Shown here piece after piece: positions 17,591 through 28,139 of a stretch of 64,000 nt of DNA. The position numbers and the translations under genes are program-made. Location of the stretch: the NCBI GenBank assembly GCA_964604575.1, contig CAZRZM010000002.1, forward strand, positions 2,627-66,626. The letters run 5' to 3'. Origin of the DNA: an uncultured Acetatifactor sp. Its GTDB lineage: Bacteria > Bacillota > Clostridia > Lachnospirales > Lachnospiraceae. The notes beneath the pieces were generated by a model that ran no database searches, was not told the DNA's origin, and saw nothing but the letters and a program-made list of their open reading frames with translations. Each line of letters begins with the position of its first letter. Within the stretch, counting starts at the first letter, position 1.

Positions 17591-20500
17591 CTACTTTACT
17601 AATATCCTTCCATTACCGCCCGAAACCGTATTTTTTTCATCCGTGATAAACGAATCCCAGAATGTGGTTTCCTGACTCTGCTTCTTGGCATTTTCAATTT
17701 TCAGATAAGCATCTCCGCCGGACACAAAACCAGGTCCATATAACTGGGCATAATCACCGGAGGATACATCTCCAGACGACACATCGCCTCCTGAAATACT
17801 CTCATCCAACAGCAGGAGCTGCTCCGGGTCTACAAAACGCGCCGGAAGTGTCAATGTCTCACCCACAATCAGTGAGCGTGCAGAATCTGCAGTAATTTCC
17901 TGTATGGAATCATCACCCAGACTGATATAACGATATCCGATGGTCTGCAGTACAATTCTGTAGGATGTCTCCTCCATTGGAAGGTCTTTCTCCTCGATTC
18001 TGACTTCTGTCTGTGCCGGAATGACATTGCCAGCAAATACGGCGTCCAAAGTCAGATATGCCCCTGCACCGCCTGCATCAGCCAGAATTTCCTCATCCGT
18101 CATATCCATAGGATACAGTGCTATCCTCATACTGTCTGCGATAGGATAATCCGTGTCCGTAATGTTCCAGCTTATGGTTCCTCCATTGCCCTGCGTCCCG
18201 TCAGGCGTGTAACCAAAACCTTCTCCATGAGGCACGGAGGGCTCATAGTGGTACGCGCGGGTCAGATACTTCATGTCTTCCACCCTGTTGTCTGTAAGCG
18301 TCCTTCGCTCCAGTCCCAGTCTGTCGCACAATTTATCATAAACTGTCTGGTTCAGGCATCCTTCCGGGACAGAAGCATCCTCTGCCTGCTGAATCTGGAC
18401 AATCCTGCTGCCGGAAGTAACAACGCCCATCAGGGGACTGCTGATTCCCTCCATGACATAGCAGTCAATCAGGTAGCTGTCAGAGACCCTTCCCGCAATA
18501 CTGCCCGAACTGTTCCCCGACACATTTCCGAGCTGGTAGCAGTCCATCATATATGGAAAAGATGCCGCGCCAATGCTGCCGGCCAGACCTCCCACACTGC
18601 TGTTACCATTTATATTGCCTGCATTAATACAGTGCACCAGACTGTTCCCCACTCTGCCGGCAATTCCTCCGATATATCCATATGGTCTGTTGGAACTATC
18701 CTGAATCAGCGGCTGTGCGTGGACATCCCCATAATTGGTACAATATGCGACCACTGCTCCCACACCATTCCCGGCTATTCCGCCCACATATCCATATCCG
18801 TTCCGGATGGCGCCATAATTATCACATCCCATAATCTCCAGTTCACTGCCCCTCTGGCTGTGGGCGCTTGTCATATACCGGTATCCCCAGATACCGCCCA
18901 CATATACATTTTTCTGTCCCTCTTCCAGTGAAATGGAACCGTAATTGGTACAGTTTTCTATCTGCAGATGAAGTGCATAGTTATGGGTCTGGCAGAAGCC
19001 TGCCACGCCTCCAACATACGCCACCTCTCCGGTGGGGCTGATAAGTCCCGCCCGGGCATCCCCTTCTGCGCCGTTTACACAGCCCGTAACGATACACCGG
19101 GCCGCCTCTCCATAAACACTCCCCAGCACACCGCCCACAGCTTCTTTTCCTGCATAAATCTGTCCCAGATTGGTGCAGTCGCGCACCGTGCCGTTGGCGC
19201 TTCCGGCAATACCTCCTACACTACCTCCCTTGACGGATATTCCCTCCGTCCCGATACTGCCCCTATTCACACATTTATCCAGCAGTACCTTGCTGATATC
19301 CTGGCCTGCCACTACACTGGGAGAATGGTTGGGTTGTCTGAACTGCCCCGCAATCCCCCCAATGCCGCTTACGTAAGCATTGCCGGAAGCAGTAAGCCGT
19401 GTCAGAATCTTTCCTTCATTCACCGCCTCCACAATGGCAGCATCAGAACTGTAAACATAGCCCGCCACACCGCCTACATAGGTAGCCTTAGTGCTGCCGA
19501 ATCCCACATCTCCCAGATTCTGTCCATAATAAATCTTCACACTGCCGCCGTATCCAAGCAGACCGCCCACATAGCTTTCCGTACCCTCTGCTCCGATATT
19601 ACCATAATTGATACATGCCAGGGAGGCGTCCCCATTGTCCCCCATGACTGCGGAACCATAACCACAGATACCACCCACATACCAGACTCTGCCTTCTCCG
19701 GTAATATCCATATAATTCCTGCAGGAAATCATTGTAGCGTTGCCTGCCAGGCCCACAATGCCGCCCACGGCCTCCGCATGGTCCAGACACTCCAGAACCT
19801 TTTTGTCCTCCGGATTGTCCGAGCCGCTGGTGCAGCGGATAAAGTCCACCCGGCTCCATGCAGCCCCCACTATGCCTCCTATGCCGGACACCTGGTAGCC
19901 ACCGGGCGTGCCTCCACTTGCCGCAATCCATCCATAGTAATAAATATCCCGTATATTGCCTGACTGCACACAGTCTGCCAGAACGCTGTCCTGAGCAGAA
20001 GAAGACGCTGACAGCCGTCCGATGATACCGCCTGCATTTGCCACGGTTCCGCCCGCTCCATTTCCCTCTATCTCACCTTCATTGACACAAGCATACAGTC
20101 TGGAAATTCTGAGCGCTGAACCGACAATTCCCCCAATATACTGGCTGACTTCCCCTCCTCCAACCCGGATATTTCCATAATTGACACACCTCTTCGAAAC
20201 ATCCGCCTCATCCCCCAGGGTTATAACTCCTTTATAAGTGATACTGTCGCCGACTGCAGAACCAATAATACCGCCCGCATGGTACAGTCTGCTGTCACTT
20301 GTAATATCACCGTAATTCACACAGGACAGATAGGTGTCCGTCTGATAAGACCTTCCCACGATACCGCCCACACCCTGGGTTTTCCCCTCCAGCACAATAT
20401 CGCCGTAATTGCTGCAGTCCGTCAGAGACATTCCGGCAAGGGATACGCCTATAATTCCGCCCACACCGTTTGCTTCTTTGTTGGTTTTCGTATCAAATCT

Positions 20501-23500
20501 GGCGGTAATCCGCCCCACAGCGCCGGATTCTCCCGTTCCACTGCCCTGCATCCCATCCTCGCGGATGCCATTGCTGCATCTTACCAGAGTAGTGGTTCCG
20601 TCCAGTCTCGCCACAATACCGCCTGCAGTCGCCGCTATGGGAGTGCCGTCATATATCACATCACTTATCTCTGCGCGCTGCACACAGTCCTGTACCAGGG
20701 AGGTTCCCTTAATCTGTCCGGCGATTCCTCCCACACAGGTTATGGTTGCATTTTTACCCGGTGCAAGGGATATGGTATTGACGATTCCATAGAGTGATGC
20801 ATTATTGCCCACACCAATATAACTGCCAATTACTTTTCCCTGGCAGCCGTCCACAAACAACAGCCTGCCCTGGTTAGTACATGCAAGTGTCTCATCTGTT
20901 GTTCCGTCCTCTTTTATTCCTCCTATGATGAGACTGTTCTTTCCACTGTCAGCGTAGCCCAGCAGTCCTCCTACATAAGATGCCACTGTACCACTAAAAG
21001 TCAGGGCCCCTTCGTTCACACAGCTTTCCATTATCAGAGTCCCCGAACTATACTGCCTTCCACAGATTCCACCTGCGTAATGCAATGCATTGGAAATCTC
21101 CATAGGAGCATAATTGATACAGCTTCTTACCTCCACTTCGCCTGTGCCCGTTCCACCCAGGATACCGCCTACCACTGCAGTGCTCCCGGTGGTGGCATTC
21201 CCTGTCAATCTGCCCGCATTTTCATCTTCCGGTCTGCCATTTACGCAGTCTGCCAGCAACAGTTTTGTCCTCGGCGCAGCCAAACCGATAATGCCGCCGC
21301 TTCCTCCACTGCCATTCGGAAATCCCAGACGATATATCTGCCCCAGATTTACACATTTCTCTATACTGCCCGACGCCTCACTGAATCCGGCAATCCCTGC
21401 CCCCTGGTATACGCAGGCCACGTTTTCCCCAATCGTTCCCTCGTTGACTGCATCATATATCTCAACACTACAGTAGGCTTTCATTCTGCCCACAATTCCT
21501 GCCACATTGTTCAATGTCACAGTGTCCATGCCATTTATATCACCATAGTTACGGCATGCCTTTGATGGATTCCCTGCCTCTCCCAGCAGGACTCCATTGC
21601 AGGCGGTGCCAATCAGTCCACCTATGTTAGTAATATTGGCAGACTGCGCCTGTACATAAATATTTCCATAATTATAGCTCTGTGTCACGCGCACTGTGTT
21701 ATCTGCAGCCCTGTTTTCACCACAGTACCCAACCAGTCCGCCGATATTATGCTCTGCGCCGGAAGTAGACACCACATAGATATTACCTGTACTTTCTTTC
21801 AGGGCATCACCGTTTTTACAGTTTTCTATCGTCAGATTATTCCGGGCACTGTATCCAACCAGCCCTCCCACACTGATACCTGCACGGTAAAAATTAGCAT
21901 ACTGGGAGCAGTTTCTCAGAACAACATTGCTTTCTTTTCCTGCTGTCGTTGTCGCATCCGTCCTGCCAACCAAACCGCCGCAGGACCTGGTTTCTTTGGC
22001 ATTCTCTCCAATGGCTCCATAATTGTCACAGGAAAAAATGGAAATTTCCTCCGTTCCCCCGCTATAGCCAATAAACCCTCCTGCATTGGAAATGATTTCC
22101 GTTCCATCAATACTTCCATAGTTCTGACAGCCGACAGCCGGATTTCCCTCTTCTCCTATATAACAGGAATTATTCTGGGCAATGTAACCCACAAATCCTC
22201 CTGCATAAGCAAGCTGACCGGAAGCCTTTATGCCTGCCCTATTCATGCTCCCTGTAATATACATCGTCCGCGAACTGTCAAAGCCTCCCACCACACCGCC
22301 TATATAGTTTGCGGAGGATACGGTATATAAATTACAGTCTGCCCTGTCGCCCGTCCTGCAGTAGTCGATTTTGACATTCTGCCGGATGAATCCCGCAATA
22401 CCGCCTGCATAGGACGTTACATTTTTTATGTCCGCATTCTGTGTACAGTCTTCTATCAGGCTCTGTCTGCCGACCACACCCCGATAATAAGATGCCCTGC
22501 CCAGAATGCCTCCCGCTTCCGAGGTACTAAAGCGTCCCTCGGCATACTCTCCGATGACGCCCGTATTATGGCTGTGGCTGATAGTAAACGGACACTCTAT
22601 AAAACCTGCCATTCCACCCACTCTTACAGGGGCGTCCACACTGCCCCTGTTCTGACATTCCAGAATCTGAACCTCCGACTCCCCGGGTGCATAAATATAC
22701 CCAAACAGTCCTCCTGCATTACCTGATGTTGCCCTTACTTTGGCATGTTCCTGCCCGATACAGGCGAACGCCAGGTAACTTCCCCCATTATCCGTCCTGC
22801 CCAGAAGTCCTCCCACATCCTGGTAACCACAAACCTCACTTCCATTCTCACAATAGCGAAACTCAGTGGACTGCCTTGCAATTCCCACAATACCTCCCAC
22901 ATAGTTAGTTCGATAAGAAGCGTCCAGAGGAAGCACCGTATTGGTATTGAGACAACGCTCCATATGAAGTCTGGTGCAGCTTTCCCCTATGAATCCGCCG
23001 TGATAATTGCCGGAGGCCTGCCCCAGGTAAACCGGCCCCCGGTTATAACTGTAGGAAAAAGAAAAGGTATCCTGGGCACTTACCGCAGTTCTCAGTATCC
23101 CAATCATTCCGCCCACCGAGTCTGTACCAGTCACCGTTCCATAGTTTTCCACTCCGGAGAAGGAGGTTACTACATTCGACTCCAGACCTCCCACCAGACC
23201 TCCTACACATTTGGTTCCACTCACAGTGCCACTGTTGACGCAGCCGCTCAAATCGAGATAACTGCCTGCTCCCACATACCCTGCGATTCCTCCAGTATAA
23301 GAACCACTTCCTATAACTGTGGCTGAATTGTTTTTTACAAGCATACGTGCATTGCTGTCTGTAGTGTGGTATCTACCCACTACACCACCGGTAAAGGAAC
23401 TTCCCTGGATGCTCGCCTGTGCCGTCACCTTATTGTCCGCTTCTATGACGCCGCCTGCCATATAACCCACCAGACCACCGTTTCTGACATTTACGGACAC

Positions 23501-26500
23501 AATACTGCCCCGCATGGTACATCCGCTCATGGTCTGTTCTGCTCGCAGCAGACCCGCAATACCGCCCACACCGTTGCTTCCATTGGACCAGTTTGCTGTA
23601 CTGTACATGGAGATTGTAGAGATATAGGTATAATCACGGATATTGACTGGTCCCGTGGCACAGCCCAGTACGCCACCTACATTTGCATAATAAGTATTAC
23701 CAGTTCCCCTGCCCACAAAAATGGGCACATCCACGATTTCCTCTCCGGTATCGTTGACAAGAACCCCCGTCTGCGAGGTGCCATTATACAGATTGCGTCC
23801 GATAATTCCTCCAATATTACAATAAAAGTTGGCCGCCAGACAGTTGGTTCCCTCCGCGTTTCGTTTGAAATGACAGTTCTCCACTGTTCCTATATTTTGT
23901 CCCACAATACCGCCAATATCACCGTGATTACTGCTACTCCGCGAAAAAGCTTCCTCCGTCAAATAGGTGGACACCGTTCCCATATTCGTACATTCCCGCA
24001 GAATTCCTGCATTGCGTCCTACAATTCCGCCCACCCAGCCTCCGGCAGAAGTGCCAACGCCTCTTCCGAACACCGTACCTGTATTGTGGCACTCCTCCAG
24101 AGTCTTTCCTGCTCCCAAATCCGAAGAGATACCACCCGCGTACTGTCCGGATATGATACAGTCATTAGTATAGGCTCCGGAGATATCTCCGGCTCCCAGA
24201 GTGCCTGCCACACCTCCTGCATAGTCCAGAATGGCAGAGACTACGCCCTTAACATAAATTCTCTTTCCGCTCTCATTCGCAACACTTCCCGTTGCCGTCT
24301 GGTATGCCACGATACCACCGGAAGTAATATAGGCCTCTGCCACTACCTGTAAGGTATCTGTCTTCATGGCTGGCGTAAACAGCACCTGCCCGCTGTTATA
24401 TCCGACCAGTCCTCCTACATAATACCCTACATAATACCCTAAAGTTTTATCTATTATGCCGTTTATTTTATCCAGTTCCTCTGTAAAAGTACCGTATTCT
24501 CTATAAGCGGATATACAGTCCTGTACTCTGCCGTCATTCCGTCCTGCAATGCCGCCGATATATTTGGGATTATTTTTTTCATTCACATAGGTTCCGTTGC
24601 CTCTGGATACATAACTGGCAAGGGTATCGGCATCTAATTCCTCTCCGTCCCTGACAAAGCGCACTGACGCAGCAGTATAATTCACACAGGCATCCAGTAC
24701 ATTGCCCGTACCCTGCCAGCCAGTGATTCCGCCATAATACTGATACATATAATCCTTCAGGTCATTGTCCCCCCGGTCTGTCTTTTCCTGCGGACTCATA
24801 TAGAGAATCTGTATCCGGGCATAATTATACAACTGTTCATAAGTACCTGCATCGGACTCAATAACACCGATGACCCCTCCCATATAACCAATACCGGTCA
24901 CTGTAGAGATGGCAATGCCTTCCGGCTTCTCCACACCTGCACCACTGTTCTCCGGTTTACGGGGAATGCCGTTTTCGTCCAATATGGCGCCATTATACAG
25001 TCTGGCTGCCGAAGCCCCCGCTCTGGCAGCTCCCACAAGACCTCCCACATAGCGCCCCTGCCCTGTGCCAAAGACGCTGGTATTATCATCTGTAAGATAT
25101 GCCTCTACATTACAGACTGCAATACAATCCTCCATAGAACCGTTATGCAGTCCTGCCACTCCTCCCAGGGTATGGTTTGCCGTAATCCTGTTGCTGCCTG
25201 TTGTCACGGTTACATCACTGATACTGCCGTCATTGGTGCCGGTAAGTCCGCCTGCCCGGTACTGTGCCTCCACAGAGGCATCCAGTACATAGACATTCTC
25301 CATGGTTCCCTTATTAATACCTGCCAGAGTACCCACATCATAAGCGCCTCTGACCTGGTAATCCGTCAACATAAGATTGCTGACAGTCCCCAGATTAACT
25401 GCAAAAAAGCCTACCTGCTGTCTGTCCGGCTCTGACTGTCTGATTCCATGAATCTGGTAGAAATCGTATTCTGTCCCCTCTGCTGCCTCTCCTGTTTTCT
25501 CTCCAGTCAGGGTTCCCTCAAAGCCACGTACCAGCCCGGATACACTCTTATCAGCAAAAGCCGCTGCCGTATAAGAAATATCCCTGCCACGTCCCTCTAT
25601 GCTGCCCCAGTCTATATCTGCATTCAGACGATAATCACCATTATAATGTCCATTGCGGATATTCCACAAATGTCTTGCACAGGCGATTCCATACTCCTCA
25701 TTGCCCTCTGCATCCTCCACATACTGATAATACACACTCTCTACATTGGACATGGGGCTGGTCTCGCTTCTCATGTTGCCATCCTCGCCACAGATTACTT
25801 CCAATGTGGCATATATGGTGTCTGCTCCGTCAAAATCATATCCGTTTTCATGAAAAGGATGGTCCAGACACTCCAACAGCATATAGTAATACTCACCTGC
25901 TATTCCGTCAGGAGCTTCCTCATAAGACATATCACTGTATCCGATGCGGGCAGTCTTCGTACTTCCCTCTACCGTATCCTCTACTGTACCGGCAAAATCA
26001 TCCAGATAATCCAGTATTCCGCTCTCTGTTCCGGTGATGTCCTGATACATATTAATTCTGGGCATATCATAGACTGCTATGACTTCATTTCTCTGGTTAT
26101 ATAAAGTAATAATATAGCTTAATGCCTCCAGACGGTAAGTGCCATCCATAAAGCTGGGATTATCCGCATTAGCCTCCTGCCATGTCAGATACAGTCTGTC
26201 TCCGTTTACGAGTGTCACTGCTTCCGGTGTATTCAGCGTCTTCACTACCTCCTCATATTCCTGGGAGGTAAACAGCACGCCATAGTATCCCTGCTTTTTG
26301 TCAGAAAGCTGTTTTGCATCACGCATAATGCAGTCTGTCTTATTTTTCTTCGCACCGTCCAAATCTGTAAAAGTATAGTTTAATGCCTCAGCGGACTGAC
26401 TGTAAAACACACCGCGGACAACCCCGGTGGCAAGGTCATATTCCATCAGAAAGCTGTCTTCCATTACCTCTTCATCCTGCAGGGCTTTACTCAAAATATC

Positions 26501-26968
26501 ATAAATCGGATTAGCGCTCTGGTTGTCCAGTGCCTTATCCAGCGTCACATATATAATTTCACTGCCTGTATGGGCAGGATAATATTCATCGTTATAAAAT
26601 GCGTCTGCATTCTCTCCATCATAATTAACAGTAACAATGGTTCTGTTCTGGTCTGCTGTCAGAACACGCTCATTCCCATATACTGACACATTGTAATCCT
26701 TCAACTGCTGTTCAAACTCTTCCAGCTTATCATTCCGTTTCAGGTAATTTATCTGACTCTGCAAACTATAAAAAGCCGTCTCTGCCACCTCTTGGCGCTG
26801 TATCTGTTCGGACATCTCAAAATAACCGTTCATTCCGATTGCCGCAAGTCCCATAATAATGGACAGTATCGCCACTACAATAATAATTTCCATCATAGTA
26901 AAGCCCCGGTTGTCCAGCGCTTTGTATCTGCTTCTTATTCTGTTTCCACGTAAAATTTTATCTGACAT
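17591..26968 (-). CDS. Giant (3125 aa) type IV prepilin with GLUG-type repeat region; putative pilus adhesin
   Basis: Class III signal DNRG|FTMMEIIIVVAILSIIMGLAA; dozens of C-x-N-x-G...GG(I/L/V)xG repeats; last gene of the pilus cluster. Confidence 0.9.
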   Translation of the reverse strand: MSDKILRGNRIRSRYKALDNRGFTMMEIIIVVAILSIIMGLAAIGMNGYFEMSEQIQRQEVAETAFYSLQSQINYLKRNDKLEEFEQQLKDYNVSVYGNERVLTADQNRTIVTVNYDGENADAFYNDEYYPAHTGSEIIYVTLDKALDNQSANPIYDILSKALQDEEVMEDSFLMEYDLATGVVRGVFYSQSAEALNYTFTDLDGAKKNKTDCIMRDAKQLSDKKQGYYGVLFTSQEYEEVVKTLNTPEAVTLVNGDRLYLTWQEANADNPSFMDGTYRLEALSYIITLYNQRNEVIAVYDMPRINMYQDITGTESGILDYLDDFAGTVEDTVEGSTKTARIGYSDMSYEEAPDGIAGEYYYMLLECLDHPFHENGYDFDGADTIYATLEVICGEDGNMRSETSPMSNVESVYYQYVEDAEGNEEYGIACARHLWNIRNGHYNGDYRLNADIDWGSIEGRGRDISYTAAAFADKSVSGLVRGFEGTLTGEKTGEAAEGTEYDFYQIHGIRQSEPDRQQVGFFAVNLGTVSNLMLTDYQVRGAYDVGTLAGINKGTMENVYVLDASVEAQYRAGGLTGTNDGSISDVTVTTGSNRITANHTLGGVAGLHNGSMEDCIAVCNVEAYLTDDNTSVFGTGQGRYVGGLVGAARAGASAARLYNGAILDENGIPRKPENSGAGVEKPEGIAISTVTGIGYMGGVIGVIESDAGTYEQLYNYARIQILYMSPQEKTDRGDNDLKDYMYQYYGGITGWQGTGNVLDACVNYTAASVRFVRDGEELDADTLASYVSRGNGTYVNEKNNPKYIGGIAGRNDGRVQDCISAYREYGTFTEELDKINGIIDKTLGYYVGYYVGGLVGYNSGQVLFTPAMKTDTLQVVAEAYITSGGIVAYQTATGSVANESGKRIYVKGVVSAILDYAGGVAGTLGAGDISGAYTNDCIISGQYAGGISSDLGAGKTLEECHNTGTVFGRGVGTSAGGWVGGIVGRNAGILRECTNMGTVSTYLTEEAFSRSSSNHGDIGGIVGQNIGTVENCHFKRNAEGTNCLAANFYCNIGGIIGRNLYNGTSQTGVLVNDTGEEIVDVPIFVGRGTGNTYYANVGGVLGCATGPVNIRDYTYISTISMYSTANWSNGSNGVGGIAGLLRAEQTMSGCTMRGSIVSVNVRNGGLVGYMAGGVIEADNKVTAQASIQGSSFTGGVVGRYHTTDSNARMLVKNNSATVIGSGSYTGGIAGYVGAGSYLDLSGCVNSGTVSGTKCVGGLVGGLESNVVTSFSGVENYGTVTGTDSVGGMIGILRTAVSAQDTFSFSYSYNRGPVYLGQASGNYHGGFIGESCTRLHMERCLNTNTVLPLDASYRTNYVGGIVGIARQSTEFRYCENGSEVCGYQDVGGLLGRTDNGGSYLAFACIGQEHAKVRATSGNAGGLFGYIYAPGESEVQILECQNRGSVDAPVRVGGMAGFIECPFTISHSHNTGVIGEYAEGRFSTSEAGGILGRASYYRGVVGRQSLIEDCTQNADIKNVTSYAGGIAGFIRQNVKIDYCRTGDRADCNLYTVSSANYIGGVVGGFDSSRTMYITGSMNRAGIKASGQLAYAGGFVGYIAQNNSCYIGEEGNPAVGCQNYGSIDGTEIISNAGGFIGYSGGTEEISIFSCDNYGAIGENAKETRSCGGLVGRTDATTTAGKESNVVLRNCSQYANFYRAGISVGGLVGYSARNNLTIENCKNGDALKESTGNIYVVSTSGAEHNIGGLVGYCGENRAADNTVRVTQSYNYGNIYVQAQSANITNIGGLIGTACNGVLLGEAGNPSKACRNYGDINGMDTVTLNNVAGIVGRMKAYCSVEIYDAVNEGTIGENVACVYQGAGIAGFSEASGSIEKCVNLGQIYRLGFPNGSGGSGGIIGLAAPRTKLLLADCVNGRPEDENAGRLTGNATTGSTAVVGGILGGTGTGEVEVRSCINYAPMEISNALHYAGGICGRQYSSGTLIMESCVNEGALTFSGTVASYVGGLLGYADSGKNSLIIGGIKEDGTTDETLACTNQGRLLFVDGCQGKVIGSYIGVGNNASLYGIVNTISLAPGKNATITCVGGIAGQIKGTSLVQDCVQRAEISDVIYDGTPIAATAGGIVARLDGTTTLVRCSNGIREDGMQGSGTGESGAVGRITARFDTKTNKEANGVGGIIGVSLAGMSLTDCSNYGDIVLEGKTQGVGGIVGRSYQTDTYLSCVNYGDITSDSRLYHAGGIIGSAVGDSITYKGVITLGDEADVSKRCVNYGNIRVGGGEVSQYIGGIVGSALRISRLYACVNEGEIEGNGAGGTVANAGGIIGRLSASSSAQDSVLADCVQSGNIRDIYYYGWIAASGGTPGGYQVSGIGGIVGAAWSRVDFIRCTSGSDNPEDKKVLECLDHAEAVGGIVGLAGNATMISCRNYMDITGEGRVWYVGGICGYGSAVMGDNGDASLACINYGNIGAEGTESYVGGLLGYGGSVKIYYGQNLGDVGFGSTKATYVGGVAGYVYSSDAAIVEAVNEGKILTRLTASGNAYVSGIGGIAGQFRQPNHSPSVVAGQDISKVLLDKCVNRGSIGTEGISVKGGSVGGIAGSANGTVRDCTNLGQIYAGKEAVGGVLGSVYGEAARCIVTGCVNGAEGDARAGLISPTGEVAYVGGVAGFCQTHNYALHLQIENCTNYGSISLEEGQKNVYVGGIWGYRYMTSAHSQRGSELEIMGCDNYGAIRNGYGYVGGIAGNGVGAVVAYCTNYGDVHAQPLIQDSSNRPYGYIGGIAGRVGNSLVHCINAGNINGNSSVGGLAGSIGAASFPYMMDCYQLGNVSGNSSGSIAGRVSDSYLIDCYVMEGISSPLMGVVTSGSRIVQIQQAEDASVPEGCLNQTVYDKLCDRLGLERRTLTDNRVEDMKYLTRAYHYEPSVPHGEGFGYTPDGTQGNGGTISWNITDTDYPIADSMRIALYPMDMTDEEILADAGGAGAYLTLDAVFAGNVIPAQTEVRIEEKDLPMEETSYRIVLQTIGYRYISLGDDSIQEITADSARSLIVGETLTLPARFVDPEQLLLLDESISGGDVSSGDVSSGDYAQLYGPGFVSGGDAYLKIENAKKQSQETTFWDSFITDEKNTVSGGNGRILVK

Positions 26969-26992
26969 ATTCTACCTACAATTTTTATAAGC

Positions 26993-27050
26993 AGGGAAAC
27001 CACCGTTCTGGAGCAGACGCTGCTGTCTGCCCGAAACGATGGCTCCCCCT
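26993..27050 (-). promoter_or_regulatory. Long stem-loop between the major pilin and giant pilin genes
   Basis: GGGGAGCCATCGTTTCGGGCAGAC-agcagc-GTCTGCTCCAGAACGGTGGTTTCCC; G-U pairs form on the minus (mRNA) strand. Confidence 0.7.
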
Positions 27051-27089
27051 ATTATGATACTGCCATTCCGCTTTCCATTACATTCCCTA

Positions 27090-27545
27090 TTACTTAGGGT
27101 ATACTCCTGATTCGCTGCCGTCCGCCCACGTTACCTTAATAACACTGTAGCCTTTGGCTTCCACCGTAACCACAGTAGAGGCTTTGAACTCTCCTGCACT
27201 GAACATGCCGATTAAGTCCGTAGGCTGGGGGTCCAGAGCAGTGCCGCTCGCGCCCTTGTAAGCCTTAATATCGCTTCCGTCTTTTTTCAGAACCAGTTCG
27301 TTTCCACTTCCGGTATAGTCGACTTCCGCTACTCCCTTTACTCTCTGCTGTGTGAGCCATGCGTTGACTGTGGTGTAAGTAGTCTTGGCATTTGCCTGCA
27401 TGGTGGTTTCCGATGCAGTTCCCAAAAAGCTTGTGAGATTTGGTGCAATCATGGCAATCAGCAGCGCAATAATTGCTACTACGATGATTAATTCCACCAG
27501 GGTAAATCCTTTGTTGTTTTTCATTGCTTTCTTCATTGTTTTCAT
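27090..27545 (-). CDS. Type IV pilin (probable major pilin)
   Basis: NNKG|FTLVELIIVVAIIALLIAMIAP; strong RBS AGGAGG; 151 aa. Confidence 0.93.
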   Translation of the reverse strand: MKTMKKAMKNNKGFTLVELIIVVAIIALLIAMIAPNLTSFLGTASETTMQANAKTTYTTVNAWLTQQRVKGVAEVDYTGSGNELVLKKDGSDIKAYKGASGTALDPQPTDLIGMFSAGEFKASTVVTVEAKGYSVIKVTWADGSESGVYPK

Positions 27546-27619
27546 AGATTCCTCCTACCTTTCATAAAAAAATGTTGTTTTGACTGACTACCTTGCACAT
27601 CCCGTCCAAGCCTTAAAAA

Positions 27620-28060
27620 TCATTGGGGATATGATACCCCTTCAGAACCTTCCCACCACCATATTTTCAGTATATTCCACCCTTCGGTCATAACATATAC
27701 CTTAGTATTATCGGTGAATTCCGCTGCATTAAATAACTTAACTAAATCAGCATAATCCTCCTCAACAATAGTATAAGTGTTGGATGATACCTTAATATGG
27801 TCTCCATCTTTGGTAAGTATCAGGTCATTGCCCCTATTAAATTCAGGTACTACTTTTCCTTCTACTCTCCGCTGTGTCATCCACGCATTAGCAGCGGTAT
27901 AGGCTGTTTTTGCATTTGCCTGCAGTGTGGTTTTGGATGCGGTTCCCAAAAAGCTTGTAAGATTTGGTGCAATCATGGCAATCAGCAGCGCAATAATCGC
28001 TACTACGATGATTAATTCCACCAGGGTAAATCCTTTGTTGTTTTTCTTCCCCTTTTTCAT
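27620..28060 (-). CDS. Type IV pilin, paralog of the adjacent pilin
   Basis: MKKGKKNNKG|FTLVELIIVVAIIALLIAMIAP; RBS AAAGGAG supports a start at 28060. Confidence 0.92.
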   Translation of the reverse strand: MKKGKKNNKGFTLVELIIVVAIIALLIAMIAPNLTSFLGTASKTTLQANAKTAYTAANAWMTQRRVEGKVVPEFNRGNDLILTKDGDHIKVSSNTYTIVEEDYADLVKLFNAAEFTDNTKVYVMTEGWNILKIWWWEGSEGVSYPQ

Positions 28061-28139
28061 TCTGGGTTTCACTCCTTTCATCAAAAAATGTTTTGGTGGC
28101 ACATAGTCATTATGTACGCATTTATCTCCATAAGCGGTG

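Noticed and set aside
18450-25700. Possible CRISPR array, DNA tandem repeat or DGR target in the repetitive gene
   Set aside because: Repetition is at the protein-motif level. No identical spaced DNA repeats were seen, and there are no cas or reverse transcriptase genes in the window.
17662-26104. Many long plus-strand ORFs (up to 331 aa) within the giant pilin gene
   Set aside because: Antisense shadows of Gly/Cys-rich coding sequence with no recognisable motifs.
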